A stretch of DNA of 64,000 nucleotides from the NCBI GenBank assembly GCA_053919585.1, contig CM132828.1; one strand, written 5' to 3'. The stretch is from Euprymna scolopes. Taxonomy: Eukaryota. The notes below the pieces were generated by a model. It saw only the letters and a program-made list of their open reading frames with translations. It ran no database searches and was not told where the DNA came from. This document shows, one piece after another, positions 1 through 15,000 of the stretch. Positions within the stretch are counted from its first letter, which is position 1. Each line of letters opens with the position of its first letter. Made by a program: the position numbers and the translations under genes.

Positions 1-3000
1 CAGGAAGTCACAAGTTGTAAACAAACCATAAAAATCATCATATTTTAATAACAGGAAGTCACAAATTATAAACAAACCATAAAATCATCATATTTTAATA
101 ACAGGAAGTCACAAGTTGTAAACAAACCATAAAATCATCATATTTTAATAACAGGAAGTCACAAATTATAAACAAACCATAAAATCATCATATTTTAATA
201 ACAGGAAGTCACAAGTTGTAAACAAACCATAAAATCATCATATTTTAATAACAGGAAGTCACAAGTTGTAAACAAACCATAAAAATCATCATATTTTAAT
301 AACAGGAAGTCACAAGTTGTAAACAAACCATAAAATCATCATATTTTAATAACAGGAAGTCACAAGTTGTAAACAAACCATAAAAATCATCATATTTTAA
401 TAACAGGAAGTCACAAATTATAAACAAACCATAAAATCATCATATTTTAATAACAGGAAGTCACAAGTTGTAAACAAACCATAAAATCATCATGTTTTAA
501 TAACAGGAAGTCACAAGTTGTAAACAAACCATAAAATCATCATATTTTAATAACAGGAAGTCACAAATTATAAACAAACCATAAAATCATCATATTTTAA
601 TAACAGGAAGTCACAAGTTGTAAACAAACCATAAAAATCATCATATTTTAATAACAGGAAGTCACAAGTTGTAAACAAACCATAAAATCATCATATTTTA
701 ATAACAGGAAGTCACAAGTTGTAAACAAACCATAAAATCATCATATTTTAATAACAGGAACTCACAAGTTATAAACAAACCATAAAAATCATCATATTTT
801 AATGACAGGAAGTCACAAGTTGTAAACAAACCATAAAATCATCATATTTTAATAACAGGAAATCACAAATTGTAAACAAACCATAAAACATCATCATATT
901 TTAATAACAGGAAGTCACAAGTTGTAAACAAACCATAAAAATCATCATATTTTAATAACAGGAAGTCACAAATTATAAACAAACCATAAAATCATCATGT
1001 TTTAATAACAGGAAGTCACAAGTTGTAAACAAACCATAAAATCATCATATTTTAATAACAGGAAATCACAAATTGTAAACAAACCATAAAATCATCATAT
1101 TTTAATAACAGGAAGTCACAAGTTGTAAACAAACCATAAAATCATCATATTTTAATAACAGGAAATCACAAATTGTAAACAAACCATAAAAATAATCATA
1201 TTTTAATAACAGGAAGTCACAAGTTGTAAACAAACCATAAAAATCATCATATTTTAATAACAGGAAATCACAAATTGTAAACAAACCATAAAAATAATCA
1301 TATTTTAATAACAGGAAGTCACAAGTTGTAAACAAACCATAAAAATCATCATATTTTAATAACAGGAAGTCACAAGTTGTAAACAAACCATAAAAATCAT
1401 CATATTTTAATAACAGGAAGTCACAAGTTGTAAACAAACCATAAAATCATCATATTTTAATAACAGGAAGTCACAAGTTATAAACAAACCATAAAATCAT
1501 CATGTTTTAATAACAGGAAGTCACAAGTTGTAAACAAACCATAAAAATCATCATATTTTAATAACAGGAAGTCACAAGTTGTAAACAAACCATAAAATCA
1601 TCATATTTTAATAACAGGAAGTCACAAGTTGTAAACAAACCATAAAATCATCATATTTTAATAACAGGAACTCACAAGTTATAAACAAACCATAAAAATC
1701 ATCATATTTTAATGACAGGAAGTCACAAGTTGTAAACAAACCATAAAATCATCATATTTTAATAACAGGAAGTCACAAATTATAAACAAACCATAAAAAT
1801 CATCATATTTTAATAACAGGAAGTCACAAGTTGTAAACAAACCATAAAATCATCATATTTTAATAACAGGAAGTCACAAGTTGTAAACAAACCATAAAAA
1901 TAATCATGTTTTAATAACAGGAAGTCACAAGTTGTAAACAAACCATAAAAATCATCATGTTTTAATAACAGGAAGTCACAAGTTGTAAACAAACCATAAA
2001 AATCATCATATTTTAATAACAGGAAGTCACAAATTATAAACAAACCATAAAAATCATCATATTTTAATAACAGGAAGTCACAAATTATAAACAAACCATA
2101 AAAATCATCATATTTTAATAACAGGAAGTCACAAGTTGTAAACAAACCATAAAAATCATCATGTTTTAATAACAGGAAGTCACAAGTTGTAAACAAACCA
2201 TAAAAATCATCATATTTTAATAACAGGAAGTCACAAGTTATAAACAAACCATAAAATCATAATATTTTAATAACAGGAAGTCACAAGTTGTAAACAAACC
2301 ATAAAAATCATCATATTTTAATAACAGGAAGTCACAAGTTATAAACAAACCATAAAATCATCATATTTTAATAACAGGAAGTCACATGTTGTAAACAAAC
2401 CATAAAATCATCATATTTTAATAACAGGAAGTCACAAGTTGTAAACAAACCATAAAATCATCATATTTTAATAACAGGAAGTCACAAGTTGTAAACAAAC
2501 CATAAAATCATCATATTTTAATAACAGGAACTCACAAGTTATAAACAAACCATAAAAATCATCATATTTTAATGACAGGAAGTCACAAGTTGTAAACAAA
2601 CCATAAAATCATCATATTTTAATAACAGGAAATCACAAATTGTAAACAAACCATAAAAAATCATCATATTTTAATAACAGGAAGTCACAAGTTGTAAACA
2701 AACCATAAAAATCATCATATTTTAATAACAGGAAGTCACAAATTATAAACAAACCATAAAATCATCATGTTTTAATAACAGGAAGTCACAAGTTGTAAAC
2801 AAACCATTAAATCATCATATTTTAATAACAGGAAATCACAAATTGTAAACAAACCATAAAATCATCATATTTTAATAACAGGAAGTCACAAGTTGTAAAC
2901 AAACCATAAAATCATCATATTTTAATAACAGGAAATCACAAATTGTAAACAAACCATAAAAATAATCATATTTTAATAACAGGAAGTCACAAGTTGTAAA

Positions 3001-6000
3001 CAAACCATAAAAATCATCATATTTTAATAACAGGAAATCACAAATTGTAAACAAACCATAAAAATAATCATATTTTAATAACAGGAAGTCACAAGTTGTA
3101 AACAAACCATAAAAATCATCATATTTTAATAACAGGAAGTCACAAGTTGTAAACAAACCATAAAATCATCATGTTTTAATAACAGGAAGTCACAAGTTAT
3201 AAACAAACCATAAAATCATCATGTTTTAATAACAGGAAGTCACAAGTTGTAAACAAACCATAAAATCATCATATTTTAATAACAGGAACTCACAAGTTGT
3301 AAACAAACCATAAAAATCATCATATTTTAATAACAGGAAGTCACAAGTTGTAAACAAACCATAAAATCATCATATTTTAATAACAGGAAGTCACAAGTTG
3401 TAAACAAACCATAAAATCATCATATTTTAATAACAGGAAGTCACAAGTTGTAAACAAACCATAAAATCATCATATTTTAATAACAGGAAGTCACAAGTTA
3501 TAAACAAACCATAAAATCATCATATTTTAATAACAGGAACTCACAAGTTGTAAACAAACCATAAAAATCATCATGTTTTAATAACAGGAAGTCACAAGTT
3601 GTAAACAAACCATAAAATCATCATATTTTAATAACAGGAAGTCACAAGTTGTAAACAAACCATAAAATCATCATATTTTAATAACAGGAAGTCACAAGTT
3701 GTAAACAAACCATAAAATCATCATATTTTAATAACAGGAAGTCACAAGTTGTAAACAAACCATAAAATCATCATATTTTAATAACAGGAAGTCACAAGTT
3801 GTAAACAAACCATAAAAATCATCATATTTTAATAACAGGAAGTCACAAGTTGTAAACAAACCATAAAAATCATCATATTTTAATAACAGGAAGTCACAAA
3901 TTATAAACAAACCATAAAATCATCATATTTTAATAACAGGAAGTCACAAGTTGTAAACAAACCATAAAATCATCATATTTTAATAACAGGAAGTCACAAG
4001 TTATAAACAAACCATAAAATCATCATATTTTAATAACAGGTAGTCACAAGTTGTAAACAAACCATAAAATCATCATATTTTAATAACAGGAAGTCACAAA
4101 TTATAAACAAACCATAAAATCATCATATTTTAATAACAGGAAGTCACAAGTTGTAAACAAACCATAAAAATCATCATATTTTAATAACAGGAAGTCACAA
4201 GTTGTAAACAAACCATAAAAATCATCATATTTTAATAACAGGAAGTCACAAGTTGTAAACAAACCATAAAATCATCATATTTTAATAACAGGAAGTCACA
4301 AGTTGTAAACAAACCATAAAATCATCATATTTTAATAACAGGAAGTCACAAGTTGTAAACAAACCATAAAAATCATCATATTTTAATGACAGGAAGTCAC
4401 AAGTTGTAAACAAACCATAAAATCATCATATTTTAATAACAGGAAGTCACAAGTTGTAAACAAACCATAAAATCATCATATTTTAATAACAGGAAGTCAC
4501 AAGTTGTAAACAAACCATAAAAATCATCATATTTTAATAACAGGAAGTCACAAGTTGTAAACAAACCATAAAAATCATCATATTTTAATAACAGGAAGTC
4601 ACAAGTTGTAAACAAACCATAAAATCATCATATTTTAATAACAGGAAGTCACAAGTTGTAAACAAACCATAAAAATCATCATATTTTAATAACAGGAAGT
4701 CACAAGTTGTAAACAAACCATAAAAATCATCATATTTTAATAACAGGAAGTCACAAGTTGTAAACAAACCATAAAATCATCATATTTTAATAACAGGAAG
4801 TCACAAGTTGTAAACAAACCATAAAAATCATCATATTTTAATAACAGGAAGTCACAAATTATAAACAAACCATAAAATCATCATATTTTAATAACAGGAA
4901 GTCACAAGTTGTAAACAAACCATAAAATCATCATGTTTTAATAACAGGAAGTCACAAGTTGTAAACAAACCATAAAATCATCATATTTTAATAACAGGAA
5001 GTCACAAGTTGTAAACAAACCATAAAAATCATCATATTTTAATAACAGGAAGTCACAAGTTGTAAACAAACCATAAAAATCATCATATTTTAATAACAGG
5101 AAGTCACAAGTTGTAAACAAACCATAAAATCATCATATTTTAATAACAGGAAGTCACAAGTTGAAAACAAACCATAAAAATCATCATATTTTAATAACAG
5201 GAAGTCACAAATTATAAACAAACCATAAAATCATCATATTTTAATAACAGGAAGTCACAAGTTGTAAACAAACCATAAAATCATCATGTTTTAATAACAG
5301 GAAGTCACAAGTTGTAAACAAACCATAAAATCATCATATTTTAATAACAGGAAGTCACAAGTTGTAAACAAACCATAAAAATCATCATATTTTAATAACA
5401 GGAAGTCACAAGTTGTAAACAAACCATAAAAATCATCATATTTTAATAACAGGAAGTCACAAGTTGTAAACAAACCATAAAATCATCATATTTTAATAAC
5501 AGGAAGTCACAAGTTGTAAACAAACCATAAAATCATCATATTTTAATAACAGGAAGTCACAAGTTGTAAACAAACCATAAAATCATCATATTTTAATAAC
5601 AGGAAGTCACAAGTTGTAAACAAACCATAAAAATCATCATATTTTAATAACAGGAAGTCACAAATTATAAACAAACCATAAAATCATCATATTTTAATAA
5701 CAGGAAGTCACAAGTTGTAAACAAACCATAAAATCATCATATTTTAATAACAGGAAGTCACAAATTATAAACAAACCATAAAATCATCATATTTTAATAA
5801 CAGGAAGTCACAAGTTGTAAACAAACCATAAAATCATCATATTTTAATAACAGGAAGTCACAAGTTGTAAACAAACCATAAAAATCATCATATTTTAATA
5901 ACAGGAAGTCACAAGTTGTAAACAAACCATAAAATCATCATATTTTAATAACAGGAAGTCACAAGTTGTAAACAAACCATAAAAATCATCATATTTTAAT

Positions 6001-9000
6001 AACAGGAAGTCACAAATTATAAACAAACCATAAAATCATCATATTTTAATAACAGGAAGTCACAAGTTGTAAACAAACCATAAAATCATCATGTTTTAAT
6101 AACAGGAAGTCACAAGTTGTAAACAAACCATAAAATCATCATATTTTAATAACAGGAAGTCACAAATTATAAACAAACCATAAAATCATCATATTTTAAT
6201 AACAGGAAGTCACAAGTTGTAAACAAACCATAAAAATCATCATATTTTAATAACAGGAAGTCACAAGTTGTAAACAAACCATAAAATCATCATATTTTAA
6301 TAACAGGAAGTCACAAGTTGTAAACAAACCATAAAATCATCATATTTTAATAACAGGAACTCACAAGTTATAAACAAACCATAAAAATCATCATATTTTA
6401 ATGACAGGAAGTCACAAGTTGTAAACAAACCATAAAATCATCATATTTTAATAACAGGAAATCACAAATTGTAAACAAACCATAAAACATCATCATATTT
6501 TAATAACAGGAAGTCACAAGTTGTAAACAAACCATAAAAATCATCATATTTTAATAACAGGAAGTCACAAATTATAAACAAACCATAAAATCATCATGTT
6601 TTAATAACAGGAAGTCACAAGTTGTAAACAAACCATAAAATCATCATATTTTAATAACAGGAAATCACAAATTGTAAACAAACCATAAAATCATCATATT
6701 TTAATAACAGGAAGTCACAAGTTGTAAACAAACCATAAAATCATCATATTTTAATAACAGGAAATCACAAATTGTAAACAAACCATAAAAATAATCATAT
6801 TTTAATAACAGGAAGTCACAAGTTGTAAACAAACCATAAAAATCATCATATTTTAATAACAGGAAATCACAAATTGTAAACAAACCATAAAAATAATCAT
6901 ATTTTAATAACAGGAAGTCACAAGTTGTAAACAAACCATAAAAATCATCATATTTTAATAACAGGAAGTCACAAGTTGTAAACAAACCATAAAAATCATC
7001 ATATTTTAATAACAGGAAGTCACAAGTTGTAAACAAACCATAAAATCATCATATTTTAATAACAGGAAGTCACAAGTTATAAACAAACCATAAAATCATC
7101 ATGTTTTAATAACAGGAAGTCACAAGTTGTAAACAAACCATAAAAATCATCATATTTTAATAACAGGAAGTCACAAGTTGTAAACAAACCATAAAATCAT
7201 CATATTTTAATAACAGGAAGTCACAAGTTGTAAACAAACCATAAAATCATCATATTTTAATAACAGGAAGTCACAAGTTGTAAACAAACCATAAAATCAT
7301 CATATTTTAATAACAGGAAGTCACAAGTTATAAACAAACCATAAAATCATCATATTTTAATAACAGGAACTCACAAGTTGTAAACAAACCATAAAAATCA
7401 TCATGTTTTAATAACAGGAAGTCACAAGTTGTAAACAAACCATAAAATCATCATATTTTAATAACAGGAAGTCACAAGTTGTAAACAAACCATAAAATCA
7501 TCATATTTTAATAACAGGAAGTCACAAGTTGTAAACAAACCATAAAATCATCATATTTTAATAACAGGAAGTCACAAGTTGTAAACAAACCATAAAATCA
7601 TCATATTTTAATAACAGGAACTCACAAGTTGTAAACAAACCATAAAAATCATCATATTTTAATAACAGGAAGTCACAAGTTGTAAACAAACCATAAAAAT
7701 CATCATATTTTAATAACAGGAAGTCACAAATTATAAACAAACCATAAAATCATCATATTTTAATAACAGGAAGTCACAAGTTGTAAACAAACCATAAAAT
7801 CATCATATTTTAATAACAGGAAGTCACAAGTTATAAACAAACCATAAAATCATCATATTTTAATAACAGGAAGTCACAAGTTGTAAACAAACCATAAAAT
7901 CATCATATTTTAATAACAGGAAGTCACAAATTATAAACAAACCATAAAATCATCATATTTTAATAACAGGAAGTCACAAGTTGTAAACAAACCATAAAAT
8001 CATCATATTTTAATAACAGGAAGTCACAAGTTGTAAACAAACCATAAAAATCATCATATTTTAATAACAGGAAGTCACAAGTTGTAAACAAACCATAAAA
8101 TCATCATATTTTAATAACAGGAAGTCACAAGTTGTAAACAAACCATAAAATCATCATATTTTAATAACAGGAAGTCACAAGTTGTAAACAAACCATAAAA
8201 ATCATCATATTTTAATGACAGGAAGTCACAAGTTGTAAACAAACCATAAAATCATCATATTTTAATAACAGGAAGTCACAAGTTGTAAACAAACCATAAA
8301 ATCATCATATTTTAATAACAGGAAGTCACAAGTTGTAAACAAACCATAAAAATCATCATATTTTAATAACAGGAAGTCACAAGTTGTAAACAAACCATAA
8401 AAATCATCATATTTTAATAACAGGAAGTCACAAGTTGTAAACAAACCATAAAATCATCATATTTTAATAACAGGAAGTCACAAGTTGTAAACAAACCATA
8501 AAAATCATCATATTTTAATAACAGGAAGTCACAAGTTGTAAACAAACCATAAAAATCATCATATTTTAATAACAGGAAGTCACAAGTTGTAAACAAACCA
8601 TAAAATCATCATATTTTAATAACAGGAAGTCACAAGTTATAAACAAACCATAAAATCATCATATTTTAATAACAGGAACTCACAAGTTGTAAACAAACCA
8701 TAAAAATCATCATGTTTTAATAACAGGAAGTCACAAGTTGTAAACAAACCATAAAATCATCATATTTTAATAACAGGAAGTCACAAGTTGTAAACCAACC
8801 ATAAAATCATCATATTTTAATAACAGGAAGTCACAAGTTGTAAACAAACCATAAAATCATCATATTTTAATAACAGGAAGTCACAAGTTGTAAACAAACC
8901 ATAAAATCATCATATTTTAATAACAGGAACTCACAAGTTATAAACAAACCATAAAATCATCATGTTTTAATAACAGGAAGTCACAAGTTGTAAACAAACC

Positions 9001-12000
9001 ATAAAAATCATCATATTTTAATAACAGGAAGTCACAAGTTGTAAACAAACCATAAAATCATCATATTTTAATAACAGGAAGTCACAAGTTGTAAACAAAC
9101 CATAAAATCATCATATTTTAATAACAGGAAGTCACAAGTTGTAAACAAACCATAAAATCATCATATTTTAATAACAGGAAGTCACAAGTTATAAACAAAC
9201 CATAAAATCATCATATTTTAATAACAGGAACTCACAAGTTGTAAACAAACCATAAAAATCATCATGTTTTAATAACAGGAAGTCACAAGTTGTAAACAAA
9301 CCATAAAATCATCATATTTTAATAACAGGAAGTCACAAGTTGTAAACAAACCATAAAATCATCATATTTTAATAACAGGAAGTCACAAGTTGTAAACAAA
9401 CCATAAAATCATCATATTTTAATAACAGGAAGTCACAAGTTGTAAACAAACCATAAAATCATCATATTTTAATAACAGGAACTCACAAGTTGTAAACAAA
9501 CCATAAAAATCATCATATTTTAATAACAGGAAGTCACAAGTTGTAAACAAACCATAAAAATCATCATATTTTAATAACAGGAAGTCACAAATTATAAACA
9601 AACCATAAAATCATCATATTTTAATAACAGGAAGTCACAAGTTGTAAACAAACCATAAAATCATCATATTTTAATAACAGGAAGTCACAAGTTATAAACA
9701 AACCATAAAATCATCATATTTTAATAACAGGAAGTCACAAGTTGTAAACAAACCATAAAATCATCATATTTTAATAACAGGAAGTCACAAATTATAAACA
9801 AACCATAAAATCATCATATTTTAATAACAGGAAGTCACAAGTTGTAAACAAACCATAAAATCATCATATTTTAATAACAGGAAGTCACAAGTTGTAAACA
9901 AACCATAAAAATCATCATATTTTAATAACAGGAAGTCACAAGTTGTAAACAAACCATAAAATCATCATATTTTAATAACAGGAAGTCACAAGTTGTAAAC
10001 AAACCATAAAATCATCATATTTTAATAACAGGAAGTCACAAGTTGTAAACAAACCATAAAAATCATCATATTTTAATGACAGGAAGTCACAAGTTGTAAA
10101 CAAACCATAAAATCATCATATTTTAATAACAGGAAGTCACAAGTTGTAAACAAACCATAAAATCATCATATTTTAATAACAGGAAGTCACAAGTTGTAAA
10201 CAAACCATAAAAATCATCATATTTTAATAACAGGAAGTCACAAGTTGTAAACAAACCATAAAAATCATCATATTTTAATAACAGGAAGTCACAAGTTGTA
10301 AACAAACCATAAAATCATCATATTTTAATAACAGGAAGTCACAAGTTGTAAACAAACCATAAAAATCATCATATTTTAATAACAGGAAGTCACAAGTTGT
10401 AAACAAACCATAAAAATCATCATATTTTAATAACAGGAAGTCACAAGTTGTAAACAAACCATAAAATCATCATATTTTAATAACAGGAAGTCACAAGTTA
10501 TAAACAAACCATAAAATCATCATATTTTAATAACAGGAACTCACAAGTTGTAAACAAACCATAAAAATCATCATGTTTTAATAACAGGAAGTCACAAGTT
10601 GTAAACAAACCATAAAATCATCATATTTTAATAACAGGAAGTCACAAGTTGTAAACAAACCATAAAATCATCATATTTTAATAACAGGAAGTCACAAGTT
10701 GTAAACAAACCATAAAATCATCATATTTTAATAACAGGAAGTCACAAGTTGTAAACAAACCATAAAATCATCATATTTTAATAACAGGAACTCACAAGTT
10801 GTAAACAAACCATAAAAATCATCATATTTTAATAACAGGAAGTCACAAGTTGTAAACAAACCATAAAAATCATCATATTTTAATAACAGGAAGTCACAAA
10901 TTATAAACAAACCATAAAATCATCATATTTTAATAACAGGAAGTCACAAGTTGTAAACAAACCATAAAATCATCATATTTTAATAACAGGAAGTCACAAG
11001 TTATAAACAAACCATAAAATCATCATATTTTAATAACAGGAAGTCACAAGTTGTAAACAAACCATAAAATCATCATATTTTAATAACAGGAAGTCACAAA
11101 TTATAAACAAACCATAAAATCATCATATTTTAATAACAGGAAGTCACAAGTTGTAAACAAACCATAAAATCATCATATTTTAATAACAGGAAGTCACAAG
11201 TTGTAAACAAACCATAAAAATCATCATATTTTAATAACAGGAAGTCACAAGTTGTAAACAAACCATAAAATCATCATATTTTAATAACAGGAAGTCACAA
11301 GTTGTAAACAAACCATAAAATCATCATATTTTAATAACAGGAAGTCACAAGTTGTAAACAAACCATAAAAATCATCATATTTTAATGACAGGAAGTCACA
11401 AGTTGTAAACAAACCATAAAATCATCATATTTTAATAACAGGAAGTCACAAGTTGTAAACAAACCATAAAATCATCATATTTTAATAACAGGAAGTCACA
11501 AGTTGTAAACAAACCATAAAAATCATCATATTTTAATAACAGGAAGTCACAAGTTGTAAACAAACCATAAAAATCATCATATTTTAATAACAGGAAGTCA
11601 CAAGTTGTAAACAAACCATAAAATCATCATATTTTAATAACAGGAAGTCACAAGTTGTAAACAAACCATAAAAATCATCATATTTTAATAACAGGAAGTC
11701 ACAAGTTGTAAACAAACCATAAAAATCATCATATTTTAATAACAGGAAGTCACAAGTTGTAAACAAACCATAAAATCATCATATTTTAATAACAGGAAGT
11801 CACAAGTTATAAACAAACCATAAAATCATCATATTTTAATAACAGGAACTCACAAGTTGTAAACAAACCATAAAAATCATCATGTTTTAATAACAGGAAG
11901 TCACAAGTTGTAAACAAACCATAAAATCATCATATTTTAATAACAGGAAGTCACAAGTTGTAAACCAACCATAAAATCATCATATTTTAATAACAGGAAG

Positions 12001-15000
12001 TCACAAGTTGTAAACAAACCATAAAATCATCATATTTTAATAACAGGAAGTCACAAGTTGTAAACAAACCATAAAATCATCATATTTTAATAACAGGAAC
12101 TCACAAGTTATAAACAAACCATAAAATCATCATGTTTTAATAACAGGAAGTCACAAGTTGTAAACAAACCATAAAAATCATCATATTTTAATAACAGGAA
12201 GTCACAAGTTGTAAACAAACCATAAAATCATCATATTTTAATAACAGGAAGTCACAAGTTGTAAACAAACCATAAAATCATCATATTTTAATAACAGGAA
12301 GTCACAAGTTGTAAACAAACCATAAAATCATCATATTTTAATAACAGGAAGTCACAAGTTATAAACAAACCATAAAATCATCATATTTTAATAACAGGAA
12401 CTCACAAGTTGTAAACAAACCATAAAAATCATCATGTTTTAATAACAGGAAGTCACAAGTTGTAAACAAACCATAAAATCATCATATTTTAATAACAGGA
12501 AGTCACAAGTTGTAAACAAACCATAAAATCATCATATTTTAATAACAGGAAGTCACAAGTTGTAAACAAACCATAAAATCATCATATTTTAATAACAGGA
12601 AGTCACAAGTTGTAAACAAACCATAAAATCATCATATTTTAATAACAGGAACTCACAAGTTGTAAACAAACCATAAAAATCATCATATTTTAATAACAGG
12701 AAGTCACAAGTTGTAAACAAACCATAAAAATCATCATATTTTAATAACAGGAAGTCACAAATTATAAACAAACCATAAAATCATCATATTTTAATAACAG
12801 GAAGTCACAAGTTGTAAACAAACCATAAAATCATCATATTTTAATAACAGGAAGTCACAAGTTATAAACAAACCATAAAATCATCATATTTTAATAACAG
12901 GAAGTCACAAGTTGTAAACAAACCATAAAATCATCATATTTTAATAACAGGAAGTCACAAATTATAAACAAACCATAAAATCATCATATTTTAATAACAG
13001 GAAGTCACAAGTTGTAAACAAACCATAAAATCATCATATTTTAATAACAGGAAGTCACAAGTTGTAAACAAACCATAAAAATCATCATATTTTAATAACA
13101 GGAAGTCACAAGTTGTAAACAAACCATAAAATCATCATATTTTAATAACAGGAAGTCACAAGTTGTAAACAAACCATAAAATCATCATATTTTAATAACA
13201 GGAAGTCACAAGTTGTAAACAAACCATAAAAATCATCATATTTTAATGACAGGAAGTCACAAGTTGTAAACAAACCATAAAATCATCATATTTTAATAAC
13301 AGGAAGTCACAAGTTGTAAACAAACCATAAAATCATCATATTTTAATAACAGGAAGTCACAAGTTGTAAACAAACCATAAAAATCATCATATTTTAATAA
13401 CAGGAAGTCACAAGTTGTAAACAAACCATAAAAATCATCATATTTTAATAACAGGAAGTCACAAGTTGTAAACAAACCATAAAATCATCATATTTTAATA
13501 ACAGGAAGTCACAAGTTGTAAACAAACCATAAAAATCATCATATTTTAATAACAGGAAGTCACAAGTTGTAAACAAACCATAAAAATCATCATATTTTAA
13601 TAACAGGAAGTCACAAGTTGTAAACAAACCATAAAATCATCATATTTTAATAACAGGAAGTCACAAGTTATAAACAAACCATAAAATCATCATATTTTAA
13701 TAACAGGAACTCACAAGTTGTAAACAAACCATAAAAATCATCATGTTTTAATAACAGGAAGTCACAAGTTGTAAACAAACCATAAAATCATCATATTTTA
13801 ATAACAGGAAGTCACAAGTTGTAAACAAACCATAAAATCATCATATTTTAATAACAGGAAGTCACAAGTTGTAAACAAACCATAAAATCATCATATTTTA
13901 ATAACAGGAAGTCACAAGTTGTAAACAAACCATAAAATCATCATATTTTAATAACAGGAACTCACAAGTTGTAAACAAACCATAAAAATCATCATATTTT
14001 AATAACAGGAAGTCACAAGTTGTAAACAAACCATAAAAATCATCATATTTTAATAACAGGAAGTCACAAATTATAAACAAACCATAAAATCATCATATTT
14101 TAATAACAGGAAGTCACAAGTTGTAAACAAACCATAAAATCATCATATTTTAATAACAGGAAGTCACAAGTTATAAACAAACCATAAAATCATCATATTT
14201 TAATAACAGGAAGTCACAAGTTGTAAACAAACCATAAAATCATCATATTTTAATAACAGGAAGTCACAAATTATAAACAAACCATAAAATCATCATATTT
14301 TAATAACAGGAAGTCACAAGTTGTAAACAAACCATAAAATCATCATATTTTAATAACAGGAAGTCACAAGTTGTAAACAAACCATAAAAATCATCATATT
14401 TTAATAACAGGAAGTCACAAGTTGTAAACAAACCATAAAATCATCATATTTTAATAACAGGAAGTCACAAGTTGTAAACAAACCATAAAATCATCATATT
14501 TTAATAACAGGAAGTCACAAGTTGTAAACAAACCATAAAAATCATCATATTTTAATGACAGGAAGTCACAAGTTGTAAACAAACAATAAAATCATCATAT
14601 TTTAATAACAGGAAGTCACAAGTTGTAAACAAACCATAAAATCATCATATTTTAATAACAGGAAGTCACAAGTTGTAAACAAACCATAAAAATCATCATA
14701 TTTTAATAACAGGAAGTCACAAGTTGTAAACAAACCATAAAAATCATCATATTTTAATAACAGGAAGTCACAAGTTGTAAACAAACCATAAAATCATCAT
14801 ATTTTAATAACAGGAAGTCACAAGTTGTAAACAAACCATAAAAATCATCATATTTTAATAACAGGAAGTCACAAGTTGTAAACAAACCATAAAAATCATC
14901 ATATTTTAATAACAGGAAGTCACAAGTTGTAAACAAACCATAAAATCATCATATTTTAATAACAGGAAGTCACAAGTTGTAAACAAACCATAAAAATCAT

